Source of the DNA: Squalus acanthias
Taxonomy: Eukaryota
Assembly (NCBI GenBank): GCA_030390025.1
Contig: CM059431.1
Coordinates: forward strand, 101,992,001-102,056,000
Length of the DNA stretch: 64,000 bases
Reading direction: 5' to 3'
The position numbers and the translations under genes are program-made. The first letter of the stretch is position 1. Every line of letters begins with the position of its first letter. The notes under the pieces were generated by a model, which saw nothing but the letters and a program-made list of their open reading frames with translations, searched no databases and was not told the origin of the DNA. Shown piece after piece: positions 36,968 to 49,100 of the stretch.

Positions 36968-37420
36968 AAGAAAGACTTGCATTTATACAGCGCCTTTCAC
37001 GACCACCGGACGTCCCAAAGCTCTTTCCAGTCAATGAAGTATTGAGGTGTAGTCACTGTTGTAATGTAGGAAATGTGGCAGCCAATTTGTGCACAGCAAG
37101 CTCCCACAGACTGCAATGTGATAATGAGTAGATCATCTGTTGATTGAGGGATAAATATTGGCCAGGACACTGGGGATAACTCCCCTGCTCCTCTTTGAAA
37201 TAGTGGCCATGAGATCTTTAACGCCCACCTGAGAGAGCAGACGGGGCCTCGGTTTAACGTCTCATCCAAAAGACGGCACCTCTGACAGTGCGGCGCTCCC
37301 TCAGTACTGCACTGGAGATTCAGCCTAGATTTTTGTGCTCAAGTTTCTGGAGTGGGACTTGAGCCCACGGGACCTTCTGACTCAGAGACGAGTGTGACCC
37401 ACTGAGCCACAGCTGACACT
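36968..37420 (-). mobile_element. DeuSINE copy, near full length
   Basis: Same family. Confidence 0.82.
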
Positions 37421-37687
37421 GAAATTGATGTGTAATCTCGCAGTAACAGAATGTAAGCTGTCCGTGACTCAGCGGGCTAATGTGCCACCCAGCGTGGTAT
37501 TGAGTCTTCTGCAGGAAGACCCTATATTTGATAAATGGTCCGTACTGAATTAATCGATGAGTACACGGGGAAGTGATCGGTACTCTTCAAGTTAACCTCA
37601 GTCCCCCTTGGTCGGTGTTGTGGGTGTGTGAAATGGTTGCTGTCGTTGGAGGCCCCAGTACATTCTGTGGGACACCATTGACTTGCA

Positions 37688-37993
37688 ACACGGTGGCATA
37701 GTGGTTAGCACTGTTGCCTCACAGCGCCAGGGACCCGGGTTCGAATCCGGCCTCGGGTGACTGACTGTGTGGAGTTTACACATTCTCCCCGTGTCTGCGT
37801 GGGTTTCCTCCGGGTGCTCCGGTTTCCTCCCACAGTCCAAAGATGTGCGGGTTAGGTTGATTTGGCTATGATAAATTGACCCTTAGTGTTAGGGGGATTA
37901 AATACGTGGGGTTACGGGGATAGGGTGGGATATGTGTCGGTGCAGGCTCGATGGGCCGAAATGGCCTCTATCTGCACTGTGGGGATTCTGTGA
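37688..37993 (+). mobile_element. HE1-type V-SINE
   Basis: A box TGGCATAGTGG, B box GGTTCGAATCC, V-domain GTGTCTGCGTGGGTTTCCTCCGGGTGCTCCGGTTTCCTCCCAC, CR1-like tail GATGGGCCGAAATGGCCTC. Confidence 0.85.
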
Positions 37994-38184
37994 ACTGGAC
38001 CAGCCGCGTAAATGCTGTGGCTACTATAGGAGAACTTGTATTTTGGCCATTATTAGAGAAAAATGTGCGGTAATCTATAATGTGGCCCAAGTGTATTGAA
38101 AGGGCTAAGCGCTACATCTGATTTAGAAACAAATCTCGAGAAACTAATACGAAATCTTTGCCTTATTTTATTCTGATTTTACAG

Positions 38185-38370
38185 GCCGATATCTGGTCTT
38201 TGGGAATAACTGCAATAGAACTTACAAAAGGAGAGCCGCCACATTCAGAGCTGCATCCAATGAAAGTTTTGTTTCTCATTCCGAAGAACAATGCACCAAC
38301 ATTGGAGGGAAACTACAGTAAACCCCTAAAAGAATTTGTGGAAGCATGCTTGAATAAAGAGCCAAGTTTT
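38185..38370 (+). CDS. STK24: STK24 exon 6 equivalent (186 nt)
   Basis: CAG acceptor; ADIWSLGITAIELTKGEPPHSELHPMKVLFLIPKNNAPTLEGNYSKPLKEFVEACLNKEPSF; donor GTAAGT. PPHSELHPMK and YSKPLKEFVE fit MST3 better than MST4 or STK25. Confidence 0.96.
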
Positions 38371-39001
38371 GTAAGTGGTTTAAAATCTAAAGGTTTTGGG
38401 TTTTTTTAAAAAAAAAAGGGGGAGTATAAGAACCTTGGCTTCTGTTCCAAACTAAATGAATTAATTTTTTCAAACCACCCATATTCCCTAAAAGTTCTTT
38501 CCTACTGCTATGTTCCCAGGTTAACCCGATTCAAGCACATCTCCAATCCAGCTGCTGTCCTCCTGTTGAGTCCCTGAGCAGTGAACTAAGTTGTTTTAAG
38601 CCCGTTGCCAACATACCCGTGGGCACAAACGAGCATTCAATCAGTTTTTAACCCCACAAAGTGACAATGCTGCAGACTCGGAGACAATAACAGAAGAAAA
38701 TCTAGATTTTAAATGCCTCATAATATTGTGACCAATCTGCTTTTGATAACTGCTGCTGCACTCAACATTTTTCAGATGGAATAGGCTTTGAGTCAGATTG
38801 CTTCAAGATTTAACACAGTTCTGGGCCTGAATGAAATCTTAAGTTATGAATGGAAAACTCAATGGATGGAGAAAGAAGAAAGAAGAGATTGCATTTCTAT
38901 AGAGTCTTTCACGACCACAGGACGTCCCAAAGCGCTTTACAGCCAATTACGTACTTTTGAAGTGTAGTCACTGCTGCAATAACAAACGCCCAACTTATTA
39001 T

Positions 39002-39882
39002 TACAATAGCAAAATACTGCGGATGCTGGAAATCTGAAATAACAACAGAAAATGAATGGTAGGACCCTAGGAAGGACAGAGGATCAGAGGGACCTTGGTG
39101 TGCATGTACATAGATCCCTGAAGGCAGCAGGACAGGTAGATAAGGTGGTTAAAAAGGCATATGGGATACTTGCCTTCATTAGCTGAGGCATAGAATATAA
39201 GAGCAGGGAGGTTATGATGGAGCTGTTCAAAACGCTAGTTAGGCCACAGCTGGAATACTGTGTGCAGTTCTGGTTGCCACACTATGGGAAGGATGTGATT
39301 GCATTGGAGAGGGTGCAGAGGAGATTCACCAGCATGTTACCTGGGCTGGAGCACTTCAGCTATGAAGAGAGACGGGACAAGCTGGGGTTGTTTTTCTTAG
39401 AGCAGAGAAGGCTGAGGGGGGGACCTGATTGAGGTGTGCAAAATTATGAGGGGCATAGATAGGGTAGATAGAAAGGAACTTTTCCCCTTAGTAGAGGGGT
39501 CAATAACCAGGGGGCATAGTTTCAAGGTAAGGGGCAGGAGGTTTAGAGGGGATTTGAGGAAAAACTTTCTCACCCAGTGGGTGGTTGGAATCTGGAACTC
39601 ACTGCCTGAAAGGGTGGTAGAGGCAGGAACCCTCACAACATTCAAGAAGCATTTCGATGAGCACTTGAAACGCCATAGCATACAAGGCTACGGACCTAGT
39701 GCTGGAAAATGGGATTAGAATAGATAGGGCTTGATGGCCGGCGCGGACACGATGGACCGAAGGTCCTCTTTCTGTGCTATATAACTCTATGACTAAAATG
39801 CTGGAAACACTCAGCAGGCCAGGCAGCATCCATGGAGAGAGAAACAGAGTTAACGTTTCAGGTCGTTTCTGTTCTGATGAAG
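39002..39882. mobile_element. Miniature Penelope family A insertion interrupted by a CR1 3' fragment (39055-39794)
   Basis: 16-bp TSD ACGCCCAACTTATTAT (38986-39001, 39883-39898); inner CR1 flanked by AAAATG duplication (39049-39054, 39795-39800). Confidence 0.82.
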
Positions 39883-40125
39883 ACGCCCAACTTATTATGT
39901 TTGTGCTTGCGCTTGGGCATAATAATGCTGAGCAACTGACTGTTGACTCCAAAGAACAACTTTCTAAAGGTCAGGCGAGAAGTGCGTCAAGTTTTAGGAA
40001 GATCATCACCCCAAGGACCCATTGCAAAGAAATGTTTTTGCTTCCTTGATGATGAGAAATGATAAGTAGGTTTTACTTTACTATTTAAGAAGGAATAGCT
40101 AATATATTTTGTTTATTTTCTTAAG

Positions 40126-40271
40126 AGACCTACAGCAAAAGAATTGCTGAAGCATAAGTTCATAATACGAAATTCCAGGAAGACCTCTTATTTGACGGAA
40201 CTAATTGACCGGTACAAGAGGTGGAAGGCGGAGCAGAACCATGATGATTCCAGCTCAGACGAATCTGACTC
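40126..40271 (+). CDS. STK24: STK24 exon 7 equivalent (146 nt; end of kinase domain, basic NLS region, acidic linker)
   Basis: AAG acceptor; RPTAKELLKHKFIIRNSRKTSYLTELIDRYKRWKAEQNHDDSSSDESD plus 2 nt; donor GTAAGT. Confidence 0.95.
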
Positions 40272-41249
40272 GTAAGTTTTCCTGTAGCATGCATTCACAT
40301 AGTTCCACTCAGAGGCTTCGATGCTTCCAATAAAACATGCTCAATTGTATTGCTAAACATGTAATATTGCATAGAGTTTACAGTACGGAAACAGTCCGTG
40401 CCGGTGTTTATATGCCACACGAGCCTCCCTCCCTACTCTATCTCACCCTATCAGCATATCCTTCTATTCCTTTCTCCCTCATGTGTTTATCTAGCTTCCC
40501 CTGAAATGCATCTGTGCTATTCGCCTCAACCACTCCCTGTGAATGTTTGGAGGATATTTGATAGATCCCACTGTGGTTGGCAGTCAGTGTTGCCCCACTT
40601 GGATTCGGCGTTATTCCCTAAAGATGAGCACGTCGCTTTTGTATCTTAAATTGGAATTATTAATTACCATTCGCCTGCTTACCAATCCGCAACTCAGTAT
40701 CTTGGGAAGCTAACTGCTTTTAGGCAAGCTTTTGCTATAAAAAAAAACCAACACATCTCAACATAGCTCCTGTCCAAGTCCGATCATGAAACAAGTGGCC
40801 AAAAATTTAGAACCCCCGAAACACACGTAGTAATTGAGAACCAGCAAAGGGTGAGAGAGCCAAACTATTTTGATTGACTATGGAACGCGCTACCACGCCT
40901 TCCACCTCTTGTACCGGTCAATTAGTTCCGCCAAGTAAAAGGGGAAGTTAGATAAACACGAGGGAGAAAGGAATAGAAGGTTATGCTGATGAGGTGAGAT
41001 AAAGAGGGGTGGGTGGAGGCTCGTGTGGAGCATAAACACCGGCACAGATCTGTTGGGCAGAATGGCCTGTTTCTGTGCTGTGTATTCTATGTAATAAGGG
41101 ATGGACGTAGCCTAAGAGAAAAAGGTAACACACAGAATAAGGTTCAAGGCTTAAAAATGTAGAAAAAAGATAAGGAAGAAGCTGGGGAACGTAAAAATAT
41201 AGCTGCTTTTTACCTGAACCAAATTATCTTTTATTCACATGCTAACAGA

Positions 41250-41856
41250 CTTGCTGAGCACAAAAATCTAGGTTGATACTCCAGTGTAGTACTGAGGGAG
41301 CGCTGCATTGTCGGAGGGGCAGTACTGAGGGAGCGCTGCACTGAGGGAGCGCTGCACTGTCGGAGGGGCAGTACTGAGGGAGCGCTGCACTGTCGGAGGG
41401 ACAGTACTGAGGGAGCGCTGCACTGTCGGAGGGGCAGTACTGAGGGAGCACCGCACTGTCGGAGGGGCAGTACTGAGGGAGCGCTGCACTGTCGGAGGGA
41501 CAGTACTGAGGGAGTGCTGCACTGTCGGAGGTGTCGTCTTTCGGATGAGACGTTAAACCGAGGCCCCGTCTGTCTCTCAGGTGGACATAAAAGATCCCAC
41601 AGCACTATTTCAACGAAGAGCAGGGGAGTTCTCCCCGGTGTCCTGGCCAATATTTATCCCTCAATCAACAGAACAAAAACAGATCATTTGGTCATTATCA
41701 CATTGCTGTTTGTGGGAGCTTGCTGTGCGCAAATGGGCTGCTGCGTTTCCTACATTACAACAGTGACTCCACTTCAAAAAGTACTTCATTGGTTGTAAAG
41801 CACTTTGGGACATCCGGTGGTCGTGAAAGGCGCTGCAGAAATGCGAGTCTGTCTTA
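41250..41856 (+). mobile_element. DeuSINE copy with internal tandem expansion
   Basis: Same family; head missing; contains the 33-bp array listed separately. Confidence 0.82.
41288..41531 (+). repeat. 33-bp minisatellite, about 7 units
   Basis: CAGTACTGAGGGAGCGCTGCACTGTCGGAGGGG repeated, with one truncated unit. Confidence 0.92.
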
Positions 41857-42027
41857 TCTTTCTTTACTACGTTAAAGGCGGTCTATAAATAGAAGTTGTT
41901 GTTTTTGCTTGTTCGTAGCCACTTTCCTAGTTGCCAAAATAGTCGTCTTTTGTTTCTGGTGGAACGATTTGCCATGAAGAGTTTTTTTGCAGGATAGTTG
42001 AAACAGTAATTTTTTTTTTACCATTAG

Positions 42028-42154
42028 CGAAGCTGAAGGACAAGCGTCGGGAGGAAACGACTCAAGTGACTGGATCTTCACAATCAGGGAGAAAGATCCA
42101 GTCAAGCTGCAGAATGGTGCTGCCCAGCCCGATGAGCATATCGAGAGGGATCAG
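42028..42154 (+). CDS. STK24: STK24 exon 8 equivalent (127 nt, WIF motif)
   Basis: T-tract + TAG acceptor; phase matches exon 7; (S)EAEGQASGGNDSSDWIFTIREKDPVKLQNGAAQPDEHIERDQ; donor GTACAA. Confidence 0.93.
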
Positions 42155-43012
42155 GTACAATCCATCATTCCCTGTTTTAATTTGACTTACGGTTTAAAAA
42201 AAAAGTCTTCAAGCCGCTCTTAAAATTGCTGGTTAGATGTCGAGATGAATCGCAACATTTTTAGCTTCAGTAACTTCAGGCCAAATTGAGATTCTATGCA
42301 GTGTAACCCTGTAATTGCCAGCGGGTTAAGGGAAATCTCATTCAGTGTTAGCAGATCAACTCGAGCAAAGAAAGACTGTACAGGCCGGGGAACTTTTCTC
42401 GAGAAAAGGGAAGACTGACTGTTGACCTGATGGAGGTCTTTAAAATTCTGAAAGAGTAGACGGATAGAAGATGTTTCCACTTGTGGGGAGAATCCAAAAC
42501 TAGAGGACATAAATATAAGACAGTCACTAATAAATCCAATAAAAAATTCAGCAGAAACTTCTTCACCCAGAGAGTGGTGAGACTGTGGAACTCGCTACCA
42601 CAGGGAGTGGGTGAGGCGAATAGCGTAGATGCATTTAAGGGGAAGCTAGATAAACACGAGGGAGAATGGAATAGAAGGTAATGTTGATGAGTAGAAATAA
42701 GGCAGGAGGAGGCTCGTGTGGAGCATAAACACCAGCATAGAGCTGTTGGGCTGCATGGCCTGTTTCTGCTCTGTAAAATTCTTCCAGCAGTTGTCTGTTA
42801 GTTTCGTGGAGAACGAACTAGTTTCTGGATTAAGAAACAAGCTACTGTTGCTGTTGAAAATAGCAGTATCTGTAAATAGAACAAGCAAGTATGTTAACCC
42901 TCCAATAGTCATTATTGCCATTACCACCGAGGTTTGGTGAGAAAGGTAAAACGTTTTATGTTGCAATATGCCATGTCTACGGTGCTTAACGTCGAACCCT
43001 TAACTTTTATAG

Positions 43013-43081
43013 GTACAAGATACTCCAAAGCAATCGCGGTCTCAGTGTTTACCTACAATTATTTCTCCATTATTTACTGAG
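43013..43081 (+). CDS. STK24: STK24 exon 9 equivalent (69 nt)
   Basis: TAG acceptor; VQDTPKQSRSQCLPTIISPLFTE (human MKDIPKRPFSQCLSTIISPLFAE); donor GTATGC. Confidence 0.92.
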
Positions 43082-43132
43082 GTATGCCAAAAGTCACTTA
43101 TTTTGTGGGCGAGGGGGGCGGGTGTGCGGGAT

Positions 43133-46100
43133 ATATTGATTGATTGACACATATTCCCAGTGTATTGATTGACACAAATTCCCGGTGTATTAATTGATTA
43201 ACACATATTCCTGGTGTATTGATTGATTGACACATATTCCCGGTGTATTGATTGATTGACACATATTCCTGGTGTATTGATTGATTGACACATATTCCCA
43301 GTGTATTGATTGACACAAATTCCCGGTGTATTAATTGATTAACACACATTCCTGGTGTATTGATTGATTGACACATATTCCTGGTGTATTGATTGATTGA
43401 CACATATTCCCGGTGTATTGATTTATTGACACACATTCCCGGTGTATTGATTGATTGACACATATTCCCGGTGTATTGATTGATTGACTCATATTCCCGG
43501 TGTATTGATTTATTGGCACATATTCCCGCTGTATTGATTAATTGACACATATTCCCAGTTTATTGATTGATTGACATATATTCCCGGTGTATTGATTGAT
43601 TGACTCATATTCCAGTTTATTGATTGATTGACACATATTCCCGGTGTATTGATTGATTGACACATATTCCCGGTGTATTGATTGACAGACTCATATTCCC
43701 GGTGTATTGATTGACACAAATTCCCAGTTTATTGATTAATTTACTCATATTCCCGGTGTATTGATTGATTGACACATATTCCCAGTTTATTGATTGACAC
43801 AAATTCCCAGTGTATTGATTGACTCATATTACTGGTGTATTGATTGATTTGACGCATATTCCCAGTTTATTGATTGACACAAATTCCTGGTGTATTGATT
43901 GATTGGCTCATATTCCCGATGTATTGATTGATTGACACAAATTCCCGGTGTATTGATTGATTGGCTCATATTCCTGGTGTATTGATTGATTGACACATAT
44001 TCCCAGTTTATTGATTGACACAAATTCCTGGTGTATTGATTGATTGACACACATTCCCGGTGTATTGATTGATTGACTCATATTCCCAGTTTATTGATTG
44101 ATTGACACATATTCCCAGTTTATTGATTGACACAAATTCCCAGATTATTGATTGACACATATTCCCAGTTTATTGATTAATTTACTCATATTCCCGGTGT
44201 ATTGATTGATCGACTCATATTCCCGGTGTATTGATTGATTGACACACATTCCCGGTGTATTGATTGATTGACACAAATTCCTGATGTATTGATTGATTGA
44301 CTCATATTCCCGATGTATTGATTGATTGACACATATTCCCGGTGAATTGATTGATTGACACAAATTCCCGGTGTATTGATTGACACATATTCCCGGTGTA
44401 TTGATTGATTGACTCATATTCCCGGTGAATTGATTGATTGACACATATTCCCGGTGAATTGATTGATTGACACAAATTCCCGGTGAATTGATTGATTGAC
44501 ACAAATTCCCTAGTATTGATTGATTGATTTATATTCCCGGTGTATTGATTGATTGACTCATATTCCCGGTGAATTGATTGATTGACTCATATTCCCGGTG
44601 AATTGATTGATTGACTCATATTCCCGGTGAATTGATAGATTGACTCATATTCCAGTTTATTGATTGATTGACTCATATTCCAGTTTATTGATTGATTGAC
44701 TCATATTCCAGTTTATTGATTGATCGACTAATATTCCAGTTTATTGATTGATTGACTCATATTCCAGTTTATTGATTGATTGACACACATTCCCAGTTTA
44801 TTGATTGACACAAATTCCTGGTGTATTGATTGATTGACACAAAATCCTGTTGTATTGATTAATTGACACATATTCCCAGTTTATTGATTGACACAAATTC
44901 CCGGTGTATTGATTGATTGGCTCATATTCCTGGTGTATTGATTGATTGACTCATATTCCCGGTGTATTGATTGATGGACACAAATTCCTGGTGTATTGAT
45001 TGATTGACACATATTCCCGGTGTATTGATTGATTGACTCATATTCCCGGTGTATTGATTGATTGACTCATATTCCCGGTGTATTGGTTGATTGACTCATA
45101 TTCCCGGTGTATTGATTGATTGACTCATATTCCCGGTGAATTGATTGACTCATATTCCCGGTGAATTGATTGACTCATATTCCCGATGTATTGATTGATT
45201 GACTCATATTCCCGATGTATTGATTGATTGACTCATATTCCCGGTGTATTGATTGATTGACTCATATTCCCGATGTATTGATTGATTGACTCATATTCCC
45301 GATGTATTGATCGATTGACTCATATTCCCGGTGTATTGATTGATTGACTCATATTCCCGGTGAATTGATTGACTCATATTCCCGGTGAATTGATTGACTC
45401 ATCTTCCCGATGTATTGATTGATTGACTCATATTCCCGGTGTATTGATTGATTGACTCATATTCCCGGTGTATTGATTGATTGACTCATATTCCCGATGT
45501 ATTGATTGATTGACTCATATTCCCGATGTATTGATCGATTGACTCATATTCCAGGTGTATTGATTGATTGACTCATATTCCCGGTGTATTGATTGATTGA
45601 CTCATCTTCCCGATGTATTGATTGATTGACTCATATTCCCGGTGTATTGATTGATTGACTCATATTCCCGATGTATTGATCGATTGACTCATATTCCCGA
45701 TGTATTGATCGATTGACTCATATTCCCGATGTATTGATCGATTGACTCATATTCCCGATGTATTGATTGATTGACTCATATTCCCGATGTATTGATTGAT
45801 TGACTCATATTCCCGATGTATTGATCGATTGACTCATATTCCCGATGTATTGATTGATTGACTCATATTCCCGATGTATTGATCGATTGACTCATATTCC
45901 CGATGTATTGATTGATTGACTCATATTCCCGATGTATTGATCGATTGACTCATATTCCCGATGTATTGATCGATTGACTCATATTCCCGGTGTATTGATT
46001 GATTGACTCAAAGTCCTGGTGTATTGATTGACACAAATTCCTGGTGTATTGATTGATTGACTCATATTCCCGGTGTATTGATTGATTGACTCAAAGTCCT

Positions 46101-49100
46101 GGTGTATTGATTGACACAAATTCCTGGTGTATTGATTGATTGACACAAATTCCCGGTGTATTGATTGACACATATTCCCGGTGTATTGATTGATTGACAC
46201 ATATTCCCGGTGTATTGATTGATTGACACATATTCCCGGTGTATTGATTGATTGACTCATATTCCTGGTGTATTGATTGATTGACACATATTCCAGGTGT
46301 ATTGATTGATTGACTCATATTCCCGGTGTATTGATTGATTGACACATATTCCCGGTGTATTGATTGATTGACTCATATTCCTGGTGTATTGATTGATTGA
46401 CACATATTCCAGGTGTATTGATTGATTGACTCATATTCCCGGTGTATTGATTGATTGACTCATATTCCCGGTGTATTGATTGATTGACACAAATTCCCGG
46501 TGTTTTGATTGATTGACTCATATTCCCGGTGTATTGATTGACTCATATTCCCGATATATTGATTGACTCATATTCCCGATGTATTGATTGATTGACTCAT
46601 ATTCCAGGTGTATTGATTGATTGACTCATATTCCCGATGTATTGATTGACTCATATTCCCGGTGTATTGATTGATTGACTCATATTCCCGATGTATTGAT
46701 TGACTCATATTCCCGGTATATTGATTGACTCATATTCCCGATGTATTGATTGATTGACTCATATTCCCGGTGTATTGATTGATTGACTCATATTCCCGGT
46801 GTATTGATTGATTGACACATATTCCCGGTGTATTGATTGACACATATTCCCGGTGTATTGATTGATTGACTCATATTCCCGGTGTATTGATTGATTGACT
46901 CATATTCCCGGTGAATTGATTGACTCATATTCCCGGTGAATTGATTGACTCATCTTCCCGATGTATTGATTGATTGACTCATATTCCCGGTGTATTGATT
47001 GATTGACTCATATTCCCGGTGTATTGATTGATTGACTCATATTCCCGATGTATTGATTGATTGACTCATATTCCCGATGTATTGATCGATTGACTCATAT
47101 TCCAGGTGTATTGATTGATTGACTCATATTCCCGGTGTATTGATTGATTGACTCATATTCCCGATGTATTGATTGATTGACTCATATTCCCGATGTATTG
47201 ATCGATTGACTCATATTCCCGATGTATTGATTGATTGACTCATATTCCCGATGTATTGATCGATTGACTCATATTCCCGATGTATTGATTGATTGACTCA
47301 TATTCCCGATGTATTGATCGATTGACTCATATTCCCGATGTATTGATCGATTGACTCATATTCCCGGTGTATTGATTGATTGACTCAAAGTCCTGGTGTA
47401 TTGATTGACACAAATTCCTGGTGTATTGATTGATTGACTCATATTCCCGGTGTATTGATTGATTGACTCAAAGTCCTGGTGTATTGATTGACACAAATTC
47501 CTGGTGTATTGATTGATTGACACAAATTCCCGGTGTATTGATTGACACATATTCCCGGTGTATTGATTGATTGACACATATTCCCGGTGTATTGATTGAT
47601 TGACACATATTCCCGGTGTATTGATTGATTGACTCATATTCCTGGTGTATTGATTGATTGACACATATTCCAGGTGTATTGATTGATTGACTCATATTCC
47701 CGGTGTATTGATTGATTGACACATATTCCCGGTGTATTGATTGATTGACTCATATTCCTGGTGTATTGATTGATTGACACATATTCCAGGTGTATTGATT
47801 GATTGACTCATATTCCCGGTGTATTGATTGATTGACTCATATTCCCGGTGTATTGATTGATTGACACAAATTCCCGGTGTTTTGATTGATTGACTCATAT
47901 TCCCGGTGTATTGATTGACTCATATTCCCGATATATTGATTGACTCATATTCCAGGTGTATTGATTGATTGACTCATATTCCCGATGTATTGATTGACTC
48001 ATATTCCCGGTGTATTGATTGATTGACTCATATTCCCGATGTATTGATTGACTCATATTCCCGGTATATTGATTGACTCATATTCCCGATGTATTGATTG
48101 ATTGACTCATATTCCCGGTGTATTGATTGATTGACTCATATTCCCGGTGTATTGATTGATTGACACATATTCCCGGTGTATTGATTGACACATATTCCCG
48201 GTGTATTGATTGATTGACTCATATTCCCGGTGTATTGATTGATTGACTCATATTCCCGGTGAATTGATTGACTCATATTCCCGGTGAATTGATTGACTCA
48301 TCTTCCCGATGTATTGATTGATTGACTCATATTCCCGGTGTATTGATTGATTGACTCATATTCCCGGTGTATTGATTGATTGACTCATATTCCCGATGTA
48401 TTGATTGATTGACTCATATTCCCGATGTATTGATCGATTGACTCATATTCCAGGTGTATTGATTGATTGACTCATATTCCCGGTGTATTGATTGATTGAC
48501 TCATCTTCCCGATGTATTGATTGATTGACTCATATTCCCGGTGTATTGATTGATTGACTCATATTCCCGATGTATTGATCGATTGACTCATATTCCCGAT
48601 GTATTGATCGATTGACTCATATTCCCGATGTATTGATCGATTGACTCATATTCCCGATGTATTGATTGATTGACTCATATTCCCGATGTATTGATTGATT
48701 GACTCATATTCCCGATGTATTGATCGATTGACTCATATTCCCGATGTATTGATTGATTGACTCATATTCCCGATGTATTGATCGATTGACTCATATTCCC
48801 GATGTATTGATTGATTGACTCATATTCCCGATGTATTGATCGATTGACTCATATTCCCGATGTATTGATCGATTGACTCATATTCCCGGTGTATTGATTG
48901 ATTGACTCAAAGTCCTGGTGTATTGATTGACACAAATTCCTGGTGTATTGATTGATTGACTCATATTCCCGGTGTATTGATTGATTGACTCAAAGTCCTG
49001 GTGTATTGATTGACACAAATTCCTGGTGTATTGATTGATTGACACAAATTCCCGGTGTATTGATTGACACATATTCCCGGTGTATTGATTGATTGACACA

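Larger units (their letters stand above)
40370..42783. mobile_element. CR1 3' ends 40370-40541(-), 40877-41095(+), 42400-42783(+)
   Basis: Same subfamily as 3140-3415 and 9455-9805. Confidence 0.78.

Noticed and set aside
37688..37760. tRNA gene
   Set aside because: A and B boxes run straight into a V-domain and LINE tail; this is a SINE head.
41288..41531. CRISPR-like 33-bp repeats (also considered for the satellite and the Tigger subterminal repeats)
   Set aside because: Units are directly adjacent with no unique spacers, there are no cas genes, and the context is a spliced vertebrate gene.
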